From contig CDROCS010001621.1 in the NCBI GenBank assembly GCA_977020255.1, positions 124,001 through 188,000 on the forward strand: DNA of 64,000 nucleotides, given 5' to 3'. Under the pieces are notes generated by a model. That model was given only the letters and a program-made list of their open reading frames with translations. It did not search any database and had not been told where the DNA came from. The stretch comes from Obrimoposthia wandeli (taxonomy: Eukaryota). A program made the position numbers and the translations under genes. Shown here one piece after another: positions 29,564 through 41,798 of this stretch (positions are counted from its first letter, which is position 1; each line of letters begins with the position of its first letter).

Positions 29564-29797
29564 CTTATCCAGCTGGTACTGATATTCGCTGAGACTGCAG
29601 CCAGCGCGGACCAGAGACAGTGACGCCGAGGGTCCGCGGTCCGTGAACACAGCGATGATAAGCAGTCCGAGGGAGAACATGTCAGAGGCCGCAGTTGGAG
29701 CCCCAATCCCGATACACTCCGGGGCCACAAAGTCCAAATCCGGTTGGCACTGACTGGGCAACTTCGGGTTCCAGCGGGAGCCCTTTGAGTCTGAATT
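29564..29797 (-). CDS. SCYL2: SCYL2-like exon (NSDSKGSRWNPKLPSQCQPDLDFVAPE...SDMFSLG...QLDK)
   Basis: Acceptor tcttcag|AAT, donor AAG|gtaatc; 234 nt; APE and SDMFSLG kinase subdomain VIII-IX motifs. Confidence 0.93.
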
Positions 29798-30260
29798 CTG
29801 AAGATGTAGTTAATCCATACAAAAAGTTCATCAAATCATCTATAAGTCGTTATTCTATTGATACGATTAATATTTATGAATCAAATGTATACATAGATTG
29901 CGCCATAACGTAATTGTAATTGTCTATAATAAAAATTACATAATTTATATTCTTCGTTATTAGCCTGAATAATATATTGAAAATCACATTTTATGTAAAA
30001 AGAATTTATTTGAAAAAAGGGGTCCAAGGATTTTGATAAAAACTTGATTGGGTCCTGATGGGACATTCGAAAAAGATGCAACAAAATTAATAATGGAACA
30101 CAAGTACATGCCAATTGTCACCACGAGTCTAAGAGAAACTCATTATTAGAAAGTCCTTCGTCAGAGTGAATAAGTTAAAAGTGAGCGTTACATTGAATAC
30201 TCATGCAATATGGAAGACAGTTATGCTCATCAGAATACCCCAATAACTTTGCAGAATATA

Positions 30261-30930
30261 AGTGGTACGTTCAATAAGTCCCTAGCCTACCATAGAAAAA
30301 AGAAAGTAACCAAATACATTTTTATTTTACAACAATATGTAACTATATAGAGTTTATTTTTCGACATATGATCCATTTTTGTCAACACATTTTTTCCAGC
30401 GGATGATTAGCTCCCAAAAAGCCTTTTCAAAGAAACCAGGCTTACATTTATTGAAAAAATCACGAATATTGTTGATCAAATCATCTCTGCTGTCGAACTT
30501 AATGCCTCTCAAATGCTTCTTAAGATACCGGAACATGTAGAAGTCACAAGGTGCAAAGTCTGGTCTATAGGGTGAATGATTCAGTAGAGAAAAGCCCATC
30601 TCCAGAATTGTACTTTTCGTCTGTTCTGTCTAGTAGTAGTTGTAGAGGTTGCACGATTTAGGTTATTTTGGCATCACTAAAAATGAGTCAAACGCCTTGA
30701 GGTTTCTTGCGTAGAAATTGATCGTCTGATATGCATTAATGGGTGATAAAATAATCAAACCATCTGGTAGCGGTTCTTTTCGACGTTTTCCTCAAGATAT
30801 CTGATATTTGGAATGTAGTTGTATATGGTAAGGTGAATGAGTAGAAGTACTGGGGATGTAACTTCCTCAACTTATTCTTAAATTTTAACTGGCTTTGATG
30901 TGCGGCTTTCTTCATTGAAGTCACTTGATT
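30261..30930 (-). mobile_element. Internally deleted mariner (DD34D) element
   Basis: C-terminus HSPYRPDFAPCDFYMF...RWKKCVDKNGSYVEK (30354-30599); TIR-like AGTGGTACGTTCAATAAGTCC next to TA at ~30261; N-terminal remnants (EESRTSKP, TRW). Second TIR not found. Confidence 0.88.
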
Positions 30931-31639
30931 TTATACGAATGCCTAGTAAGCCTTTTTTTTTCAAAAACATTGATAGAGAAAATTTTGAAATATTTTTCTA
31001 ACTTAAATCTCAAGACTTTATTTTAAAACTCTCGAGAATCGAAAATTACAATTCAGTTAAACTCCTCACGTCTCCTTTCGCACTAGTACGCGCCGCCCCA
31101 ACATCATTTTAATGAATTTTAATAGAAATAGTGTATAAATAAATAAGACAATTTAAATAAAAAGATTATAAGTTTTATGCTTATAATCATAGCAAATAAA
31201 ATATATCTAGGGTTTTGAGTCAGAGTTTATTTATATACTATATTATGATACTGCAATCGTAAGAGTAACATAATTATGTATACATCGTTTCTTTGTCATT
31301 TCAGATTTATGTTTAGAGGTTCAAAGTTAATTGATTTTGTAAAATATCTCTTGATCGCTCTGTATGATAACTTTAACAGTAAAATTAAGTATGTAAGTCA
31401 AGTTTATCACATGTTAAACAGTGAATTTAATGGTAGGGGAAACCGTTTACAATAATAACTTATTTAAAAAAGCTGGTGCAGTAGTGTACTCTTAAATATT
31501 CTGGAAGGTCAGTCAAATTTACTACCAGAGAAAAGTCAAACATAGTAAATTCGAATTTTGTTGATAAAGTTCATGTTTCTTGGAGTTTAATAAAACTATA
31601 ACAAAAGCGCCTGTACTCCGGATTTATGACAATTACCCT

Positions 31640-31800
31640 TTTGTTAAGTTATTAAACCTGAAATCAAAACCAAAATTAACTCCACTTCATAAGAAAACCC
31701 GAATAGAGTTTTGGGAGAAGAATTCGTCAAATTTTCGAAATATTCTATGGATTGATGTATTCTGCTTTACGCTACATGGATTTAGTTTTTACATATCATG
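31640..31800 (+). mobile_element. Tc3-like transposase fragment
   Basis: KPKLTPLHKKTRIEF...ILWIDVFCFTLHG resembles KPxLTxxHKxxRLEF...VIFSDEKKFNLDG. Confidence 0.6.
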
Positions 31801-32637
31801 TTGTAGACATATCTGATGAAAGAAAATCAAGATAAAAAGAATCTAAACATGGAAGAATAGTGTGGGGAATTTTGATAATAAAGAAAATCGAGATATTTTT
31901 ATATTTGATTTCAGTAGAAAAAATATTGCATACAAAGCTACATTTCAAAAAGAAAATAGTTCTGTTCGTAGATCAAAATTTACGAAGCAGTTTTTTAAAT
32001 CTAAAAATCTAAATTTTTCATCGTGTATTTTACAATATGAAGATTGTTAATACAAATTATGATGTTAATGAGAATATTCGTTTAATATCTCCTATTATTA
32101 TAATTTGATCTAATAAATTTATGGATTTTAAAATAGAGCATTTGTTAGGTTTAGGAATTAGGAAATTAAAATAATTAGTTGATTTTATACTAAAATAAAA
32201 ATCCTTGAAAGCAAGGTTGAAAATTAAATTAAATATTAATTTTAAAATTCAAAACTAAAATTATTGAAATTAAGATAAATATTAGGAGGACCACGAAGGT
32301 CGTGTATAGTGTGTAGTATATAAGGTTAGAATTAATTACTAGTAAGGTGCAAAAATAATAAGCACTGAAAAGAAAACTAATTAAGAAAATACAGACGAAG
32401 AAAAATCGACGTCAGCAAGAAAAAAGGTAAGCACATTTTTAAGTGCAAAATCAATTACTTACCTACAGTCGCAGGCCAGGAAAGCAACGCTCCAAGAAGA
32501 AGTGATTGACAGATCACGTCAATCTAGTAACAAGGTAGACTATATAAGTCTAATTGAAATTAAAATTCACACACAGGCTAACAATCAGGAAGTCAGCAGT
32601 CGCTTGAAGCAGTTTCCACGTGATCGATCCTAGACAG

Positions 32638-32775
32638 TCGACCAAATAAGCCGTCGCAGCAAAAGCAACTCTCGCCCAGTTAAATTCTCGACCAAAGCTC
32701 GACCAAATAAGCCGTCGCAGCAAAAGCAACTCTCGCCCCAGTTCAATTCTCGACCAAATAAACAGGCGCAGCAAC
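32638..32775. repeat. ~61-bp tandem duplication (2 copies plus a partial)
   Basis: TCGACCAAATAAGCCGTCGCAGCAAAAGCAACTCTCGCCC starts at 32638 and 32699; a diverged partial copy starts at 32750. Confidence 0.92.
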
Positions 32776-32797
32776 TTTGGAATTGAGATAGGTGAGA

Positions 32798-33836
32798 CGT
32801 CTCGCATATTCATTGTCCCTCGTTGACAATTAGGAAATTGTCTAGCATATTCATTGTCCTTCGTTGACAATTAGGATATATTCATTGTCCCTCGTTGACA
32901 ATTAGGAAATTTGTCTAGCATATTCATTGTCCTTCGTTGACAATTAGGATATATTCATTGTCCCTCGTTGACAATTAGGAAATTTGTCTCGCGTATTTCA
33001 TTGTCCCTCTTGACAATTAGGAAATTTGTCTCGCGTATTTCATTGTCCCTCGTTGACAATTAGGAAATTTGTCTCGCGTATTTCATTGTCCCTCGTTGAC
33101 AATTAGGAAATTTGTCTCGCATATTTCATTGTCCCTCGTTGACAATTAGGAAATTTGTCTCGCGTATTTCAATGTCCCTCGTTGACAATTAGGATTTTGT
33201 CTCGCATATTCATTGTCCATCGTTGACAATTAGGATTCGCATATTCATTGTCCCTCGTTGACAATTAGGATTTTGTCTCGCATATTCATTGTCCATCGTT
33301 GACAATTAGGCTTTTATACGAATCATTGTCCCTCGTTGACAATTAGGAAATTTGTCTCGCGTATTTCATTGTCCCTCTTGACAATTAGGAAATTTGTCTC
33401 GCGTATTTCATTGTCCCTCGTTGACAATTAGGAAATTTGTCTCGCGTATTTCATTGTCCCTCGTTGACAATTAGGAAATTTGTCTCGCATATTTCATTGT
33501 CCCTCGTTGACAATTAGGAAATTTGTCTCGCGTATTTCAATGTCCCTCGTTGACAATTAGGATTTTGTCTCGCATATTCATTGTCCCTCGTTGACAATTA
33601 GGATTCGCATATTCATTGTCCCTCGTTGACAATTAGGATTTTGTCTCGCATATTCATTGTCCCTCGTTGACAATTAGGATTCGCATATTCATTGTCCCTC
33701 GTTGACAATTAGGATTTAAATTTGTCTCGCGTATTCATTGTCCCTCGTTGACAATTAGGAAATTTGTCTCGCATATTCATTGTCCATCGTTGACAATTAG
33801 GCTTTTATACGAATCATTGTCCACAGTTGACAATTC
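32798..33836. repeat. Minisatellite: 26 copies of core TCATTGTCCCTCGTTGACAATTAGG, unit 31-46 bp
   Basis: GACAAT counted 26 times by hand; the core holds the inverted repeat ATTGTC-N7-GACAAT; linkers are short and reused. Confidence 0.97.
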
Positions 33837-36151
33837 GCGTTTGAATTCACAACAATAGAATTTGCCGAGTCAAGAAAGCTTTACCCACACGATCTAAGTT
33901 AAGTTGAAGAAGTTTTAAGAGAGTTGTGTTATAAATTAACCAACCTAGAAAGAAGATTTGCATTCGCACCTTTATCGTCATAAGAATAAAGGTTTAACCC
34001 CAAAATTCAAGCCGATAGCAAAGTTAAATTATTGAGAAATCTATAACGCGAGCTTATTCTCGAGTTAGAAGAATAACTCTAAAATCTCGATCACCCCGAA
34101 CGTAAAATCGATACGTGGTTCATCCCCATTTGTTGTAGAGACTTACAGAAGTCTTAGGAATTTTTACTATACTTTTTAGAAAATACGTACATAAACGTAT
34201 TGTTGTGTTTAGTTTCGTGAATTACCAATAAACGATTTCCTACATTAGAACAAGTCGTTTTTGAACCCTTCAGAGTAAGAGACGTCAAAACAAACACCTT
34301 CAGATAAGAAAGAGAGATAGGCAACTATAACACTAAGTAGGCCACGACCAACTTTAAGACCTGCTTCTATTCGAACTCACGTTGGGGCCCTCCGCACATA
34401 AGAGGATCTGTACAAGTTTCGTATAGAAACCCCAACACATTAATGTGTACTTAGTGGGGACTATACTAACTCAACATAAAGATAGGTTTACTTGGTAAAG
34501 GAAGGTTAATATTTAATATTATTTGTACTGTGTATTTAGAATATAGCAATGATATTTAGAAAGTTCAGGATTAAATTATTTGAAAGAGAAAAATCGTACG
34601 TTGTTATTTATGTAGAGTCCAAATTGAAGAATATTTATTTCTGTATAAATCTTTAGTTTATTTAATACATATCTATATATCATTGGCCATAAAATTACAT
34701 AATAAGATGGGTATTAAAATAACTGTTATTAATTCTATAATAATTCACTATTTATGCATACATGCATTGTATATTGAAGGAACTTAATTTTTTCTTTCAA
34801 ATACTTTAAATATATTTAGGAATTTGTGTTACTGATCTGTTAAAACAATGATTATCTAATATATGTAAATCACAATGGATTTTATGGCTGACAGTATATT
34901 CAATGTTTATTCAATATTTATAAATTTTAATTAAGTATAAATTATTATTTCTATATAAGAATTGAACATAATTTTTTAAATTCAAATATTATTGCAATTA
35001 ATTGTTAAAAACTAAACAAAATCAACTATATTTTTGGTTATCATATTATAAAATAAAGAAAATAGATCGCTAAATGTAGATTTAGCAATTACACTTTAAA
35101 TTGAGCAACAATTGAGTTACATTTATGAAGAAACTAATTATAATTTCCATTTATATAAAATATATGTATTTTATAAAATCCATAATTTGAATATTTTCTT
35201 TTTTTCAAAAATGCATTTAAAAGCAAACGGTTCAATTTTACTTACAAATAATAATCCAAATTCGGCACATCTGAATATTACGAAAATAAAATTAAACAAA
35301 TATAAATACTTGTAAGAAATTATGTTTATCATTAAAAAGTGCTAAAATAGAAAAAAAATTATCAAATTAATTTTTCTAAATGCTCTTAAATAGTCAATTT
35401 TTATTAATGTCAAACAGAAAAAAATACAAGAAAACTTATACTAATGAAAACTTATTAGTGAATGAAGCTCCACAGTTTCGAAAGTCTGAGGGACTCAAAT
35501 GCGCTCAGGGTACACGTCGCGCTCAGAGGTGCGATTTCTCAGGATCCTGTGTGTTTTGTCTTAGTATGACATATAGGCTAAATTTTAATAAAGTGATATG
35601 TTTAAGGACATTAGATCAATACAGTCAGAAAATGTGTCAGCAAGACCATTTGAAGACCTGTCTGAAATTTCTAAGCTTTAATTTACCGTTAATGTTTTGA
35701 ATATACTAAATTAATTAATCCTGCATTATAACTTAATTTTATTTTTAAAATAAAATTCTTTATTCTTATTTGTATACATAACTATTAATTGTATTTTATA
35801 TATTTTTAAAAAATACAAATAATTGTATTATTTTATTAGAAAGTCATTGTTTATTCTGAAATGCAATTCGTCGTATACTTCAAATATATCAGATAAGTTC
35901 TTTCATAATAAGTATAGGTGACAATTATTTGGAAAATATAATTATTATGCTTCAATTTTCTTCCATCTGACACTGAATCTAACATTTTGTGTCTCCACGA
36001 TTCAGCAGACTCTAGATGAGACTCATTGTTTGAAAACTAGCTTAATTTAAGGAGAATCAAGAGAAATATATGACAAAATTCAGCTACTACCGAATTTATA
36101 ATTCATAATCCCATTCAGAAATAATTATTTAGGTTCATTAGAAGAAATTAT

Positions 36152-36226
36152 GGGGCGTAATGATTGACAGGTGGAATACTCACCTGATAAGTAGTGAGAC
36201 CCGTGGTTCAATTTTCGGTCGCGCCA
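36152..36226 (+). pseudogene. tRNA-like sequence (tRNA pseudogene or tRNA-derived SINE head)
   Basis: 75 nt, GGGGCGT...TCGCGCCA, with partial acceptor stem, CT-GAT-AA loop and B-box-like GGTTCAATT; several stems mispair. Confidence 0.45.
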
Positions 36227-37539
36227 AATAATTTTATAGATTTTTTAAAGTTATTTACACTGTGCTTTGAAATATTTGAAGATAACTACATATTGGGGGG
36301 GGGGCTGTTGTGATCATATGCTTGAACAGACACTTAAACCTACCCACCAAATTCATGATGTATATATACAGTATTGTAATATACGTATTTGTATTGTATA
36401 GTGAATTATTATAATAACTATTTAATAAATATTGTATTTAGATTAGTTATGAATAAGGTTTATATCAATAATTGAGAGAAAACTAATTTTTGTGCAATTA
36501 TCTAATTTATATTCTGTATAAATTGATTGCCGTAGTCATAAAAATGATCCCAACAATATTTACGCTAAGAATGTTTTTGACTTGATTACTTTGATTCAAG
36601 GTGGATCTTCATATTTTTATTATGTTTAGGGTAGATGCAGTAACGAAAGAGTTAATGGATTTTTGATTATTCAAATAGGTTCATTAATCTAATATTTTTT
36701 CAACAATTCCATCTGAACATTTAAAATTCAGATGACCAATATCAAACGATATCCAAAAAATATATAATTTTATTATTGTACTATATTTTTCTAACAATAT
36801 TTAAATAATTTTTTGCCTTTTTTTCTGAATATACAAAAATATTAAGTGCAAACCATTTTAGCTATTAAATTGTAAAATATAATATTAAGAAACACTTTAA
36901 ATTAGTAATAAATATGAATAATAACCTTTCTAATACAATCACATTATTTAACGTGTGATCATTAATTATTTCAACTCTTACAAGGTTTCATAATAGAACC
37001 AATACCTCTAAATTGATTAATATAAATCATCTTCATACTTGAATTTTATTTTTACAAAAGTTTGTCAGATTAATAAAATCATTAAGTGAAAAATACTTCA
37101 AATATCGTGAGTAAGTTCCAGAAAACAAAATACTTCTTTCATATTTCAGAAATTTTACATAATAGGAGAATATTTGCAAATGAGTGAAGTGAAGTGAAGA
37201 AAGAAAGAAAAAAAGATAAGAGAGAATCTGCAACAGGAATAATTAGTACAGTATTTTGGTTTAGTGGCAATCTGTTGATCATACAAATTAGCTATCTTTC
37301 TTCTCTCACTTTCTCCCTTTATCTTTACTTCTGTTGTTTGAAAGTAAAATTTTATCTCTTACACATATGCACTAGGGCCTATCCGTGGGCCGGATGTGAT
37401 ATTGCCTCAGTAAGGGGAATTTGGGATAGAAAAGGGAAATCTGGATGGGAGGCTCTTTGGAGAATTCCCCCCTAATTTCTGAAGACCTAGTCCATTTCAA
37501 TGACAATGTACGGAGCACTAAATAACGGAGAAGTCTAGA

Positions 37540-38171
37540 GCACACTAAGCCGGCATTGTTAATGGAAATACGGTGTCCATTTAATCCATGCTCCGAGATT
37601 CTCCGTGGCGGACAGATCAAGTAACATTAGGACAAAATTTGGTCTATACATTAAATTAATAATATTTGATATTATAAAGCAACAAAAACTATATAAATTA
37701 AAAAAAAAAGTATATATTTAATTAGAATTTCATATTTTTTCCAGCTTTTACGAGGTATTCTTTTGTAGTTATTTGTATCAATTAATCTAATAAAAAATCT
37801 ACAGGATATCGTTTATCTATTGTCATCTAAATTTTCTCAAACAAAATATATTTGAGAATGTGAAAGTGAACTGTGAGTTACACCCTAATTATAATAGCTT
37901 TATAACCAAATACAGGCTCCTTGAAAACACACAAGCTTCAATTCTGTATCGTTAAATATATAGAAATTAAAACATGGATTAGTTCCTAACATTCTTATTT
38001 GGGGGTTCTTTAAACAAATTTTATTTAATTTAACACGTAAGTTGGATTTTTCTTTGAAAATACTCTCATTCTGTGTATAAACATTTATGGATTTCTTCTC
38101 TGAACAAAGCTTCATATGCAAAGAGGGCGAAAGTTTTCAACAAGAGGGTTGCAACACTTATACATTCACTG
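37540..38171 (-). mobile_element. Possible Tc1-like remnant
   Basis: TA|CAGTGAATGTATAAGTGTTGCAAC terminus at 38171 and DLSATENLGAWIK (like DLNPIENLW) near 37580-37618. Confidence 0.35.
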
Positions 38172-39872
38172 TAACTTTAGTCTTTAACTTTTAGGTGATT
38201 TCCTTCACGTTTAATATAATGTTGATTGTTATTGCAACTGTCTTATATACAAAGAAACCAACAATAGTTGACGTATCCAGTGTACTTGTCACTTCCATAT
38301 TTGATATACTATGTTAATAAAATATTTTAAATCAGTAACAACAAAAAATGCGCAGAAGTATATAACTTTATTCCAGGTACAAAATAAAGGTTGAAATTTG
38401 TTACTTAATGCTATATCGTATGACATTTTTTTTTTATTAACTTCTAAATAAAATCTTTATTCATGTTGTTTCTTCTTCTATTCCTATTCTGTAAATGCTA
38501 CAATGTTTTCAAGCACATCTAAAATCAATGAAATTACAAGTTTCTACTTTAGTATAATCACTTCTCCCTCTTTTGGAATTTGGTTTCATGTTTACGAAAA
38601 CCTTCTAGCACATATCATGATAATAAGCTAAAAAGACAATTCAAAACTTATAATGATATGATAAGCATTTAAAACATAAACACAAAACAACAAATGTTTT
38701 CTAATCTATTTTGCTTTCAATTATCATATTTTTTATATTATGTTTAGTTGCTTACAACAAAAGTTTCGAAAGCTAAATCTCTAAAATTCAAACTGTAAAG
38801 AAATATTAAAACTAATTACTATAATCAATAATTATGCCGTCTAATAATTGAGACTTAAATTTCTTCATTTCGAAATGTAATTTGGATATTTCAGATAAAT
38901 AGTGAAATATTGTAGAATGTAAATAACCTACAAGTCCCTGGGTTGCACACTTCTGTCTAAATATAAGCTTATTTTAAGGCTTCAAATACAAATGGACTTG
39001 TTAAAGTTGAATCTCTAGAAAGTTACATAAGTAGCAGTAAAATGTGTTGTAAATATTAGAAATTAGAGAATGTGTTTAAAATTGATGTAGATTTGTGAAT
39101 CATCCGTGTAACCTTTTGCTCTTTATTGTAATCGAAAGTAACATTATATATCAATCAAATACTTTTTTTCAACAAATATATAAGAAGCCCAATGAATCAA
39201 AAAATATCCATAATGTCGTTTCATATTCATTAAGCACTTTTGGTTGTATTCGCATATACCTAGGATGTATTTTGTTCGTTTCGTTTACTGAACTTCTTGA
39301 CATCTTTCCCTCCCGAAATTATTTGTTCCAGTCATCGTCTTCTTGGTCACTTGTTTTCCCATAATTTTTGTTATCATCAAAATACGGATTCTCGGCTGTG
39401 ATTGTGATTAGACCATTAAGCAATTATTGATATCATCTTCCACCTTCTTAGGCTTCACTTTTAAAGTAACCTTTATCAATGTTGACAAACCACAAGTCAC
39501 TATGAAATTTCCCATCAGTTCTCTTCTTCTTTTATCTTTCTGCCTCGTAGCTCTTGACAGTGCTTTGGAATAAACGAGCCTTGTAGTTGCTGCTTCTACA
39601 TCTAAACGGTTGAAATGCGTAAATCGCGACACTATTTTGAAAATGATTTGAGTCTATTTAAACAAATATACATTGTTTTTTCCCATTTCTTTCCATGTTA
39701 ATAAAAATATACTAAAAAACTTCGTTTACGTAGAAAACCATAATTTTGTTTTTTGAATATCTAGAAAGATTTTGAGTAATTACCAAATATTAATATAGTA
39801 AACTGAATGCATAAATAAATGAATAATAAACCGACTGATTTAACTGTTGAGTAAATTGCAACATAATTCTAC

Positions 39873-40013
39873 CTTGCCGGGAAAGATTCTTTCGATGAAG
39901 TTAAAGCCTGCCAGCTTCCATTCTCCAAATTTCGTGACCAGGATTGAGTTAGGAGTGATATTTCCATGAATACACAGCTGGCTGGTGTGAAAATATCGCA
40001 GGCATTCTGTAAT
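39873..40013 (-). CDS. SCYL2: SCYL2-like exon (ITECLRYFH...HGNITP...WKLAGFNF...GK), degenerate catalytic loop
   Basis: Acceptor tattcag|ATT, donor AAG|gtagaa; 141 nt; HGN replaces HRD and GFN replaces DFG, as in SCY1-like pseudokinases. Confidence 0.93.
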
Positions 40014-40630
40014 CTGAATATATATAAATATATATTTATATTTTACAAATATTCTTTTAAAAATGAATTTGTGTAAATTCTGTTGAATTAATGAATCAGT
40101 ATTTTCAAACTAAAATGTGTGTAAAAAACTCAAACAATCTGATATCCAAATTTATGTTCCAGTTGTTTACTAACGAAATCGACAAATGTTTTTTAAAGAT
40201 AATAAATTTACAAGTTTATGATGTTTTAGTAAATAAAAATGGACATCAGTCAAATTAGGAAAAAATTAGTTGATCACGAAAATTCCACTGTTTTAAGACG
40301 GAAAATCTTATGTCAAATAATTATTCCTAAGTAAACCATATCAAATCTGTTATCAAAACCGTTTCCGATACATTGATATAAGCCCGATAGTTCATTTTAC
40401 GATAAATATGAAATCTGACCTAAATTAATTCTTTGTGGAAATATAGTTATGTAGAGCATAATTATTTCTTCTTTTATCGAAATAATTGGATTTACCTGGT
40501 ATTTTGATATCTTTAGATGGTAATATGATATTCGTTATAAACTATTTTAATCAACTTTGTTATTGATACCAAATTTGTTTTTAGCCTTTTTGCTACCTAA
40601 TCCCTTGATAAAATGACATAAAAATAATAC

Positions 40631-40675
40631 CTGAAATATTCCCAATTTCTTGTCTAAGTCCGTCATTTCGAGTAG
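40631..40675 (-). CDS. SCYL2: SCYL2-like 45-nt mini-exon (LLEMTDLDKKLGIFQ)
   Basis: Acceptor atatttag|CTA, donor CAG|gtatta; phase 0/0; supplies the otherwise missing segment equivalent to SCYL2 YKLYDVETKYGLLQ. Confidence 0.8.
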
Positions 40676-41798
40676 CTAAATATAAACGTTAACATTAATG
40701 AAGATGTAGAAAATTTGTTTTTTAAATCATTACATAGTTAATTATATTTTGCATTATCTTCTTTCAATTTAACATTTTAAATTTTTGTTGAGGTTTTATA
40801 ATTTTCACTTTAAACTTCCTTTACCAACTAACTGTAATTATTTATCATAACTTTGACTTTTAAGATTGTATTTAGTAATTATATACCTCAACACAAAAAG
40901 CTAATGTCAAGGGAAAATTAAAATAAATGTTTAACTTTGGTTTGATTCCAATTGAATCATCTTCACTTATTAATTTCAAAAAATTTATATATATTACAGA
41001 TGTGGATCTGGTGACATTTTAACTTATTTAATAAAAAGATTTAACTTTTTATCTGGCTTCTTTTGTTAATAATGCAACCAAACTTTAAATTTTTTTGAAT
41101 GGAGTATAATAAATGAAAAATTGAATATCACAAAAAAAGTAACACAATTTAGATTTTTGAATATAAATAGATTAAGCTTAGTGAAAATTTATATCCACAA
41201 TCAACACAACACACTGCAAACAAAGATATATACGTAAAGCGACCGATTTGGGAATTTGAAATAAATAGTTTAGCTTTGATCACAATGCATAGCATTCGTC
41301 GAAATGAGACAAACCTCGAATGAGTTGAAGTCTTCACAAAATGTTTGCAGTCATCTTGCCGTTCACAGCCATGTTTCGATCTTATTAAAAAAATATTTTT
41401 TACAAAATTGAAACAAACAATTAGTTAAATCTCTTTGTGCATTAGCAACTGCATGTGACAATAACAATGACAATATATCACCAAAGATAAACGCAACAAT
41501 TTTGAAAAAGTTTCAAATTCTTTCAATGTTTTTTCAATTTTGATCAATTTGTATGTCTCTACAATGACAATATGATAAAATTGTTGAACATATCCTTCAC
41601 TTCACATTTTAGTTTTGTTTACAGGGTGTTAGGTTGATTGAAATGTTGTTAAATGTTGTTTAAAGTTTTTTTTAAATGTTTTTAATATGACTTAAAGAAG
41701 TTGTTGATATATATTTTTTAAATGTAAGTTACTAAATATATTAAACACTATTTATTAAGAAAATAATTTAATTTATAAATGATTTAAACTTATTAGAC

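Larger units (their letters stand above)
32143..34699 (-). mobile_element. Putative long solo LTR or LTR-like insertion containing tandem arrays
   Basis: GC- and CpG-richer than its flanks; TG...CA termini (TGTTAGGTTTAG ... ATTGGCCATAAAATTACA) resemble those of 42979-43751; TATA-like motif and GTAAGT donor on the minus strand. No target-site duplication found, so boundaries are tentative. Confidence 0.45.

Noticed and set aside
29791-29800. Alternative acceptor 7 nt inside the 29564-29797 exon
   Set aside because: Using it would shift the frame; only the outer AG keeps the reading frame.
32550-32870. 106-aa minus-strand ORF
   Set aside because: It is built from the tandem repeats, which happen to lack stops in that frame; no recognisable motif.
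32798-33836. CRISPR array
   Set aside because: The repeats are palindromic, but the linkers are only a few to ~20 nt, near-identical and reused rather than unique spacers. There are no cas genes and the context is a eukaryotic intron.
39300-39650. Protein-like minus-strand ORF 39408-39632
   Set aside because: No recognisable motif or splice sites joining it to the SCYL2 frame; probably an unassigned transposon remnant.
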